Shown here piece after piece: positions 21,219 through 28,436 of a stretch of 32,000 nucleotides of DNA. The position numbers were made by a program, and so were the translations under genes. The stretch is from Candidatus Saccharimonadota bacterium (lineage in GTDB: Bacteria > Pseudomonadota > Alphaproteobacteria > Rickettsiales > Anaplasmataceae). Location: assembly GCF_025021925.1 (NCBI RefSeq), contig NZ_CP092368.1, forward strand, positions 180,001-212,000, written 5' to 3'. Position 1 is the stretch's first letter. The number at the start of each line of letters is the position of its first letter. The notes under the pieces were generated by a model, which was not told the DNA's origin, did not search any database, and worked only from the letters and a program-made list of their open reading frames with translations.

Positions 21219-21818
21219 ATGTTATTTTATCTAATTGCCAGCTTATCCTATATTTTAGGATCCGTTCCTTTTGGCTTGATTATTACAAGAGCAAAAGGAA
21301 TTAATTTACGCATAATAGGATCAGGAAATATAGGTGCTACTAATGTTATGAGGACAGGACATAAGATACTTGCAGTTATGACTTTATTATTTGATATCTG
21401 TAAGGGATTGCTCTCTGTATATATTGCAGAACAATATTTATATGAACAATATGAAATATTGATATGTACTTTTTTAGTAGTCTTAGGTCATATGTTTCCC
21501 ATTTGGATTAAATGCATTAATGGTGGCAAGGGAGTAGCAACAACTTTAGGGATATTAATAGGATTTGATTTAAGCTTTCATACTTACATAAGTTTATTAT
21601 TTATCCTTACCTGGGTGATAGTATTTTACATTTTTAGATATTCTTCACTTGCATCTTTAGTCGCAACAATAGTAATTGCGTTATTATTTCTAATCGTCAT
21701 GAGTAAAGAAGAATTTGCTATGTTATTAGCAATTGCAATATTAATTTGCTGTAAACATTATAGAAATATCATCAATATTATACAAGGTACAGAATATAAA
21801 TTCTTTAAAAAAATATAA
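21219..21818 (+). CDS. plsY: glycerol-3-phosphate acyltransferase PlsY
   Basis: 199-aa membrane protein with YILGS.PFG and GSGNIGATNV motifs. Confidence 0.9.
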   Translation: MLFYLIASLSYILGSVPFGLIITRAKGINLRIIGSGNIGATNVMRTGHKILAVMTLLFDICKGLLSVYIAEQYLYEQYEILICTFLVVLGHMFPIWIKCINGGKGVATTLGILIGFDLSFHTYISLLFILTWVIVFYIFRYSSLASLVATIVIALLFLIVMSKEEFAMLLAIAILICCKHYRNIINIIQGTEYKFFKKI

Positions 21819-21855
21819 TAGAAAAAAATCACTTTATAATATCATATAGTAATTT

Positions 21856-22761
21856 TTACTGTAATATAGGTATGATTCTCTTATCAATACACTCATTATT
21901 CTCAATTTCTACTGTAGAATGAGCAATACTAAACCTATCTAATAGTATCTTTTTTATCTGATATAAGATATCAGTATGCTTAGCATTATGTGTCACCTGA
22001 GCATGCATAGTAAGAATCACATACTGATCAGAGAGTGACCAGATATGTATATGATGTACATCTATTACTTCAGTCAATTCTGAGATAATGTGACTTTTAA
22101 TTTCTTCAGTAGAAATATCTTCAGGTGTGCCTTCAAGTAGAATATGCACAGAATTCTTAAGAATTTTATATCCACTATTAAGTATTATAACACTTACAAA
22201 TACTGATAAGATAGGATCAACCATTTGCCATCCAGTTATCATGATAATGATGGATGCAAGTATAGCAGCTATAGAACCTAAAATATCTCCTACAACATGT
22301 AATACAGCACTTCTAATATTAATATTGCTTTCATGTTTGCTATGTAATATCAAAAAGACTATGATATGGGATGTCAAACTCAGTACAGAAATAATAAGCA
22401 TTATTTTCCATTCGACAGTAATAGGAAAAATAAATCTCTTAATTGCTTCACTTATTATAATAATTGCAATAAAGAATAAGGTCAGACCATTAATAAATGC
22501 TGCGATGATCTGTAATCTATGATATCCATATGATCTCTTTAAATCTGATTTTTTAGATGACAATTTATGTGCGAACCAGCTGAGCACTAATGCGCATAAA
22601 TCAGTCATCATATGACATGCATCTGATAGTAGAGCAAGAGAATGTGAAATGACTCCACCTAATATTTCCATACACATTGTAATCGCAACTATTACTATAG
22701 AATATAGTAAACGCTTCGATTGTGCAGACGATACGTGTTTACCATTATGAATTGCTGTCAT
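21856..22761 (-). CDS. cation diffusion facilitator family transporter (CzcD/ZitB-like)
   Basis: 301 aa, six predicted TM segments. Motifs SLALLSDACHMMTD (TM2) and HVVGD (TM5), plus a C-terminal cytoplasmic domain (VIDVHHIHIWSL). Confidence 0.85.
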   Translation of the reverse strand: MTAIHNGKHVSSAQSKRLLYSIVIVAITMCMEILGGVISHSLALLSDACHMMTDLCALVLSWFAHKLSSKKSDLKRSYGYHRLQIIAAFINGLTLFFIAIIIISEAIKRFIFPITVEWKIMLIISVLSLTSHIIVFLILHSKHESNINIRSAVLHVVGDILGSIAAILASIIIMITGWQMVDPILSVFVSVIILNSGYKILKNSVHILLEGTPEDISTEEIKSHIISELTEVIDVHHIHIWSLSDQYVILTMHAQVTHNAKHTDILYQIKKILLDRFSIAHSTVEIENNECIDKRIIPILQ

Positions 22762-22797
22762 ATTAGGATCTTTAAATTTTTATCAAATTATTAGTTA

Positions 22798-22870
22798 TGG
22801 GTAATACTGGATTCGGACCAGTGACCTCTTGTATGTCGAACAAGTGCTCTACCAACTGAGCTAATTACCC
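22798..22870 (-). tRNA. tRNA-Val (anticodon GAC) with non-canonical C33 and C55
   Basis: The reverse complement folds as GGGTAAT-TA-GCTC-AGTTGGTA-GAGC-A-CTTGT-TCGACAT-ACAAG-AGGTC-ACTGG-TCCGAAT-CCAGT-ATTACCC-A (73 nt). All four stems are fully Watson-Crick. Confidence 0.85.
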
Positions 22871-22884
22871 AACCTAATTTGAGT

Positions 22885-22912
22885 ATAATATCTATAACAG
22901 AGCAAAAGTCAA
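22885..22912 (-). promoter_or_regulatory. candidate sigma70-type promoter for tRNA-Val (and possibly the CDF gene downstream)
   Basis: Minus strand reads TTGACT-16 nt-TATTAT, with the -10 ending 14 nt before tRNA position 1. Only 36 nt separate the tRNA from the CDF start codon. Confidence 0.4.
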
Positions 22913-23694
22913 TAGACCATTTAATATGCACATATTACTAAAAAAAAGCTTTTTCTCTATTAAATCAAATAATATTAAGTATGCCAAAATCTTGCTTTGT
23001 AGCACATTCCATTGACATCTCATTCTTCTCATCAAACATTTTTTTTTAAATCCAATCATCCTTCTGTTTGACAGAAGATTATTCTTAACAATGAGAGATC
23101 AAAGTTTCTGTTTTATAAAATCTGTTCTATCTCTTCACTCATTCGTTTTATTCTGATTTTCATTTATTATGAAATAATATTGTTAATATATCAAACTTAG
23201 TACTCAAAAATTATGTTATCGATGAATATGTAAGAAATATATAATTTCAAGATTAAGGTATACAAACATTCCATAGTTTCCTCATTTTTTATAGTTTGCT
23301 AACTTGTCATAACAATGTTCTTATGATTGTCCAAAGATAGAATGTTAGTTATTATTATAAATCTTGATATAAAATTCTACTACCTGATTTTTTTACGAAA
23401 GTCTCTTAATTTCATTTAAGATTGAATTGGCGATTTTATAATTAGATCTACTATATCATTTATAGACAAGACATATATAAATGATATAATCCTGATCAGG
23501 ATCTGTTCTATACGTGCTTAGTGAAGTAATGCATTTCCGAGCGATAAATTGCAAATCAAGGGAATTACCTCTGTTGATTTTTGAATTGATATGTGATACC
23601 CACCTTAACTTCAGGTCTTGGAAAGATACTAGAACTGACGGTAGATACGGATCCTAATATTATTAGGGACATCTTTCCGATTTACTAGACCTTT

Positions 23695-24153
23695 ATGATA
23701 CATAAATATACAGCACAAGAGATTGTATTATGTACTGCTGACAGAGCATTTCACATTGTGTATGATATTGAGCAATATCCTAATTTTCTTCCTTGGTGTC
23801 AATCAGTATGTATTAAAAATAGGAGTGATAAGATGATAGTAGATATGACAATCTCATTTCAAGGTATTGAGGCAACATATACATCAGAAGTGCATTCTCT
23901 CTTTTCTCATGAGCTCCATAAAGGATGGATCAAAGTAGTCTCAACACACGGAATATTTCAATATTTATACAATGAATGGAAATTTGTGCAAATAGATCAA
24001 AAGAAAACAATAGTTATCTTTTATATAGAATTTATCTTAAAATCTCACTCATTTTCTTATCTACTCAAATTAGTATATAGGTATATATATAACAAGATGA
24101 TTGATGCATTTAAAATAAGAATGCAATTTTTAAATGAAAATCAAGTATCTTGA
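23695..24153 (+). CDS. ratA: SRPBCC/START-fold protein of the RatA / COQ10 (coenzyme-Q-binding) family
   Basis: 152 aa with the family hallmark YPNFLPWC near the N-terminus and overall RatA/COQ10 length and layout. Confidence 0.8.
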   Translation: MIHKYTAQEIVLCTADRAFHIVYDIEQYPNFLPWCQSVCIKNRSDKMIVDMTISFQGIEATYTSEVHSLFSHELHKGWIKVVSTHGIFQYLYNEWKFVQIDQKKTIVIFYIEFILKSHSFSYLLKLVYRYIYNKMIDAFKIRMQFLNENQVS

Positions 24154-24213
24154 CAGATTTTAGATCTGAATGTATTTTTGATACTCATCTAATGAGATAG
24201 AATCGATATTTGC

Positions 24214-24921
24214 ATGGTTAAGCCATTTCTTTTTTTATTTCTCTGCATCTTATGCATAAGTAGTAACAGATCTTGTATATCAGAAATTGTACACATTCAA
24301 GCACAAGAGCAAGATTATATAGGGAGATCAGAAGATGATGTATTATCACTACTAGTCGATGATAGATTTCTAGGTGATCTACAGGCTCCTATTATTATGA
24401 TTGAATACTCTTCGTTAACCTGTTATCATTGCGCACTTTTTCATAAAGATGTTTTTCCAAAAATTAAAGCTAAATATATAGATACAGGTAAAATGCTCTA
24501 TATATTTCGCCATTTTCCTTTAGATTATAGAGGTTTACAAGCTGCAATGTTAAGTACATGCTATGATAATCACGAAGATTATTTTCGCTTTAATAAAGAT
24601 TTTTTTGAATTATCATCAAATTGGAATTTTAATAATTTAAGTGATCTTGCAATGTTACAAAACATTGCCGAGCTTAATGACTTAAGTACTGAAATGTTAA
24701 ATCAATGCATGAATAATATCACAATACTGAATAAGATTGTTAATAATAAAGCAATTGCAATAAATAAGCTTGGTATTACTGCTACTCCAATTTTCTTCAT
24801 AAAACTCAATCAGCATTCTCCTGATATTAATTTGAATGATATCAGGCATGAAGGATCTAAAAAGATTGAGTACTTCATGGATATAATAGATACATTATAT
24901 GTGAAAACTATAGTACACTAA
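24214..24921 (+). CDS. DsbA/Com1-like periplasmic thiol:disulfide oxidoreductase
   Basis: 235 aa with an N-terminal signal-like segment and a thioredoxin-fold active site CYHC in the context IMIEYSSLTCYHCALFH ... FRHFPLD. Confidence 0.8.
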   Translation: MVKPFLFLFLCILCISSNRSCISEIVHIQAQEQDYIGRSEDDVLSLLVDDRFLGDLQAPIIMIEYSSLTCYHCALFHKDVFPKIKAKYIDTGKMLYIFRHFPLDYRGLQAAMLSTCYDNHEDYFRFNKDFFELSSNWNFNNLSDLAMLQNIAELNDLSTEMLNQCMNNITILNKIVNNKAIAINKLGITATPIFFIKLNQHSPDINLNDIRHEGSKKIEYFMDIIDTLYVKTIVH

Positions 24922-25308
24922 ATTTAGTAGTAGAAATGATATGATCTTATTCTATATTAATATACCTACTGTGTTCTAGTATGAACATAATATATTAAGA
25001 CAATTTAGAATGATATGAACATTCTCATTGCTTAGGCATCCTAGTGTATCTTACTGACACATCCGATAAAATCAGACATTAAATCTTTTTTTTTTGCAAT
25101 ATATGCTTTCATAGAAAAATGCTAATCTCTTTAATATATAGAATCTGAGATACAAGAATTCTGCTATGTCCTTCCTATCTTAAAGAGTCAGATGATAGAT
25201 AGACAAGTCAATAGAATCAAAGTAAGATTTCAATATTGATATTATGGAAAGAAGAAATATAAAAAATATAAATCAATATATGAGATATTGTACAATTAAA
25301 AAATACAG

Positions 25309-25314
25309 TATAAT
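25309..25314 (+). promoter_or_regulatory. -10 hexamer TATAAT for the SRP RNA gene
   Basis: Perfect TATAAT ending 11 nt before the first base of the SRP RNA terminal helix. The -35 is poor (TTGTAC at a 15-nt spacing). Confidence 0.4.
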
Positions 25315-25324
25315 ATTTATTTAT

Positions 25325-25404
25325 GGTATGCAGGCAAAAGCTCTGTAATCTGGTCAGGTCAGAAATGAAGCAGCCATATCAGATATTCTTTTGGGTTGCA
25401 TACC
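25325..25404 (+). ncRNA. ffs: signal recognition particle RNA (small bacterial SRP / 4.5S RNA)
   Basis: About 80 nt, closed by the helix GGTATGCA/TGCATACC. The apical domain GGT-CAGG-TCA-GAAA-TGA-AGCA-GCC has the same architecture as E. coli 4.5S (GGU-CAGG-UCC-GGAA-GGA-AGCA-GCC). The flanks CTCTGT...TCTGG and CAGAT are also shared. It sits directly 5' of dnaX, as in many bacteria. Confidence 0.85.
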
Positions 25405-25434
25405 GATTCAAAGATAGTGAATGTCAGAAATCTT

Positions 25435-26922
25435 ATGAATATCGCACTAAAATATCGTCCTATTAGATTTAAAGATTTAGTTGGTCAAGATATATTGGTG
25501 CGCATACTAAAAAATGCTTTTACTTTAAATAAAATTCCACAATCTATATTACTCTCTGGTAGTAGTGGGATTGGAAAAACTACTACTGCTAGGATTATAG
25601 CTTTATATTTAAACTGCTCTTCTCAAGAATCTATACAAGAACCTTGTGGTATATGTGAAAATTGTATAGCGATTAAACTCTCGAACCATCCAGATGTGAT
25701 AGAAATTGATGCAGCGAGTAATACTAGTATTGAAGATGTCAAAGTTATCTTAGGCAATATTTGTTATGCACCTATGAGATCTAAATATAAAATATACATA
25801 ATAGATGAAGTACATATGTTATCTAATAGTGCATTTAATGCATTACTTACCACACTAGAGTCTCCACCATCAAATGTTAAATTTATTTTAGCTACTACAG
25901 AAATCAAAAAAATTCCTATGACTATTATTTCTAGATGCTACAGATTTGATTTACATAAAATCACTATTATTAACATAATAGAACGTTTATATGAAATTGC
26001 ACAACAGGAAACTTTTTCTATCGAACGTGGATCGTTAGAATTAATTGCAAAACACTCTAGCAATTCAATGAGGAATGCATTATTTTTAATGAATCAAGCA
26101 GTATTATATAGCGGAGATAATACAACAATATCTATTATACACATAAGAGAAATATTAGGCTTAGTAGACAGTAGTATTACTTTTAAGCTATTAGATGCAA
26201 TTCTCATGGGAGATATTAAACAAGCTATTTTAATATTTGATACAAGATTACATCTTGTAAATCCTATTAAGCTTTTTGAGGATATATTGCATACAATACA
26301 ATTAATATGTCGTTTTTTAATTATCAAAGATATTGATGTGGTCATTCCAGAGTATGAACAAAATGAAATAAAAGCATTAAGTATAAAGAAGAATTTAATA
26401 TTTTTTGCGAGATTATGGAAGGTATTACTCAAGGGACTACAAGATATTCAAGCTTCAACATGTAGTGATGTTGCTATCGAAATGATATTAATTAGTCTTT
26501 GTTATCTTACTGATCTTCCATCTCCAGAACAATTAATGAAAAATAATATTTTAACATATCATGATCAAGCGCAAAATATTAATAATGTCGAAAAGATCAA
26601 ACAACAAAACTATGATTTTGAAAAAATTTTACAATTATTACAAGAGAATGATCAACTTTATCTTTACAAAGAATTATCTACTAATCTAGAATTAGTAGAG
26701 TGTAATCCTGGTTATTTAAAATTAAAAGCTAAATCTAAAATAGATGGTAACTTTTATACTCACTTAAAAAATTACTTAGAGAAAATGTTTCAAAAAAAAT
26801 GGATTATTGAGAGTGAGCAAGATCATCTGGAGCATCAGATCAGTAATGTCAGCGATATACCTGAGATTAAGGATGTTCTTGATGCATTCCAAGGAGCACA
26901 AGTGATTAAAATACAAGAATAA
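25435..26922 (+). CDS. dnaX: DNA polymerase III subunit gamma/tau
   Basis: The ORF-track start (TTG 25396) lies inside the SRP RNA. The conserved N-terminus begins at ATG 25435 (MNIALKYRPIRFKDLVGQ). Walker A GSSGIGKTTTARI, Zn module CGICENCIAI, IIDEVHMLS, and the SRC motif (ISRC). Confidence 0.9.
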   Translation: MNIALKYRPIRFKDLVGQDILVRILKNAFTLNKIPQSILLSGSSGIGKTTTARIIALYLNCSSQESIQEPCGICENCIAIKLSNHPDVIEIDAASNTSIEDVKVILGNICYAPMRSKYKIYIIDEVHMLSNSAFNALLTTLESPPSNVKFILATTEIKKIPMTIISRCYRFDLHKITIINIIERLYEIAQQETFSIERGSLELIAKHSSNSMRNALFLMNQAVLYSGDNTTISIIHIREILGLVDSSITFKLLDAILMGDIKQAILIFDTRLHLVNPIKLFEDILHTIQLICRFLIIKDIDVVIPEYEQNEIKALSIKKNLIFFARLWKVLLKGLQDIQASTCSDVAIEMILISLCYLTDLPSPEQLMKNNILTYHDQAQNINNVEKIKQQNYDFEKILQLLQENDQLYLYKELSTNLELVECNPGYLKLKAKSKIDGNFYTHLKNYLEKMFQKKWIIESEQDHLEHQISNVSDIPEIKDVLDAFQGAQVIKIQE

Positions 26923-26950
26923 TAAATTAAAAAATAATGAGGTATAAATT

Positions 26951-27283
26951 GTGGATTTAACTCAAATAGTAAAACAAGCACAAGAGATGCAGAAAAAACT
27001 ATCTGATGCTCAAAACAAATATCTTGGAAAGGAGTTCCAAGGTATATCTGGTGGTGGAAAAATTTCTATATTAATAGAAAGGGTCAAAATAGGTAGCTAT
27101 AAGGTTACAAAAGCAAATATTGATTTAGATTTGATACGTACAGAAGAAAAAGATATAGTAGAAGATTTAATAGTCGCTGCATTTAATAATGCTATGAAAA
27201 AAGCAGATGAAGAAATCGCAGATGTTGCGTCTGAGATTGCAGGTATGGTACCTTTGCCACCTGGATTAAAGTTTCCATTCTAA
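26951..27283 (+). CDS. ybaB: YbaB/EbfC-family nucleoid-associated protein
   Basis: 110 aa with a GTG start and GAGG 9 nt upstream. The N-terminal Q.AQEMQKKL pattern and the position after dnaX fit the family. Confidence 0.85.
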   Translation: MDLTQIVKQAQEMQKKLSDAQNKYLGKEFQGISGGGKISILIERVKIGSYKVTKANIDLDLIRTEEKDIVEDLIVAAFNNAMKKADEEIADVASEIAGMVPLPPGLKFPF

Positions 27284-27548
27284 CAATTTGATTTACGAGA
27301 TAATTACTTCATATTCTCTAATACTTATCTCAAAATCTTTTCAATATAATCATATTATCTAAAAGATTATGTACGCTATTGCATATCATAGATCATATTG
27401 CAAGAGACATTTTGTCTATGCCCTGATACTGTTGATAGTAGATCTCAACCATGTAAAATTTTGTTGTATGTGATTAGAGCGCTTGACTGAAATTTATTTT
27501 GCAATCACAATATTATGTGTAAAATAATTTTATTTATAAGGAGCAATT

Positions 27549-28247
27549 ATGAATTATAAAAAGTGTTTTTTATCAATAGTGTTGGTCACATTGCTCAGTA
27601 TTTCACACTCTTCTTTTTCTTTAGAAGCTTTAAGAGAGATATATGACTATGATGAAGAAACAAATTACTATATTAGTTTACAATACAATAGCTCGTTCTT
27701 TCCTGTTAATAAAGAAATAATTCATGATCAAAATCATAATCATACAAATAAAATAAGACATCCTTTTAAGTCTTCTTTTTTTTCTGGTAGTGCTGCTCTT
27801 GGTTATCAGATAGACGATCTAAGAATAGAACTTGAAGGTATTTACTCACCAATTAATGAAAATATATTATCTAAGATATCTACAGGATATAATACTGAGC
27901 TTGCTAATGATTTTTCAATCATATCAGGAATAGTAAATCTATACTATGACATAATAATAGAAGATTTCTCTCTCACACCATATGTAGGACTTGGAGTTGG
28001 AACATCTTATATAAGACATCCTAATATAGACAACTTATTTACTAATAATAGTAATATTTTTGCTTTTGCATATCAAGCAAAAGCTGGGATTGGTTATGAA
28101 ATGACGCCAGAAATAACAATATATGCTGGTGCACGATACTTTGGAACTTATGGAACTACATTTGAACAATTAGTTGTACAAGACAACAGAACACAAATAA
28201 TTTACAGCACTCTTGGTGCAGAAACTGGTATAACATTTAATTTTTAA
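27549..28247 (+). CDS. outer-membrane beta-barrel protein of the WSP/Msp4/OMP-1 (P28/P44) surface-antigen family
   Basis: 232 aa with a signal peptide (MNYKKCFLSIVLVTLLSISHSSFS). Family-typical strands: YYISLQYN, LRIELEG, TPYVGLGVG, FAYQAKAGIGYEMTPEITIYAGARYFGTYG. C-terminal ...GITFNF. Strong AAGGAG 5 nt upstream of the ATG. Confidence 0.75.
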   Translation: MNYKKCFLSIVLVTLLSISHSSFSLEALREIYDYDEETNYYISLQYNSSFFPVNKEIIHDQNHNHTNKIRHPFKSSFFSGSAALGYQIDDLRIELEGIYSPINENILSKISTGYNTELANDFSIISGIVNLYYDIIIEDFSLTPYVGLGVGTSYIRHPNIDNLFTNNSNIFAFAYQAKAGIGYEMTPEITIYAGARYFGTYGTTFEQLVVQDNRTQIIYSTLGAETGITFNF

Positions 28248-28318
28248 TATGATTTTTTTAGAAATATTTCTTGACCCTTTAGAACTGTATTATATTATAT
28301 CATTGGTATCATTATAGG

Positions 28319-28342
28319 AACAAGATCTCTTCTTGTTTTTTT
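28319..28342 (+). terminator. Rho-independent terminator between the OMP gene and rpoH
   Basis: AACAAGA-tctct-TCTTGTT (7-bp stem, 5-nt loop) followed by TTTTT, 72 nt after the OMP stop. Confidence 0.6.
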
Positions 28343-28436
28343 AGTAATGAGCTATCTGTGAGTGTTAATTATAGTAAATACTTCTTAAGTATAATATCTA
28401 TATGCAATAAATGGAGATCATGAATGAGGAATAAAT

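Noticed and set aside
22127-22522. 131-aa plus-strand ORF antisense to the CDF transporter. Similar long antisense ORFs are 19004-19357 (-) in the first symporter and 26094-26432 (-) in dnaX.
   Set aside because: These are long for an AT-rich genome, but the hydrophobic, Ile/Leu-rich translations are what the antisense of membrane or AT-biased codons produces. They have no start context and no motifs. The sense-strand genes are unambiguous.
22892-23059. 55-aa minus-strand ORF (MIGFKKKCLMRRMRCQW...) in the 824-bp spacer
   Set aside because: It is below any meaningful length expectation, has no RBS, is low-complexity, and runs across the predicted tRNA-Val promoter.
22871-23694. Possible tmRNA (ssrA) in the spacer, considered because ratA neighbours smpB-ssrA in E. 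coli
   Set aside because: Neither strand shows a tRNA-like T-arm (GGTTCGAATCC-type) or an acceptor strand. There is no ANDN...-type tag frame ending in AA-stop, as expected for one-piece or permuted alphaproteobacterial tmRNA. The RNase P signature GAGGAAAGTCC is also absent.
25086-25095. T10 homopolymer in the dsb-ffs spacer as a phase-variation tract or terminator U-tract
   Set aside because: It is intergenic, with only 4-bp potential stems upstream. Homopolymers of this length are expected in DNA this AT-rich.
25396-25434. Upstream TTG-initiated extension of dnaX. Analogous extensions are pnp 309-359, psd 16707-16751, second symporter 19582-19617 and dnaN 29504-29530.
   Set aside because: The extensions start at TTG and add residues absent from the conserved N-termini of these families. 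In the dnaX case the extension overlaps the SRP RNA helix. Internal ATGs give canonical N-termini.
25901-25912. A7 run (ATC AAA AAA ATT) early in dnaX as a frameshift site
   Set aside because: It is not in X-XXY-YYZ register (a C precedes the run), and it lies in the middle of the ATPase domain, where truncation would be non-functional.
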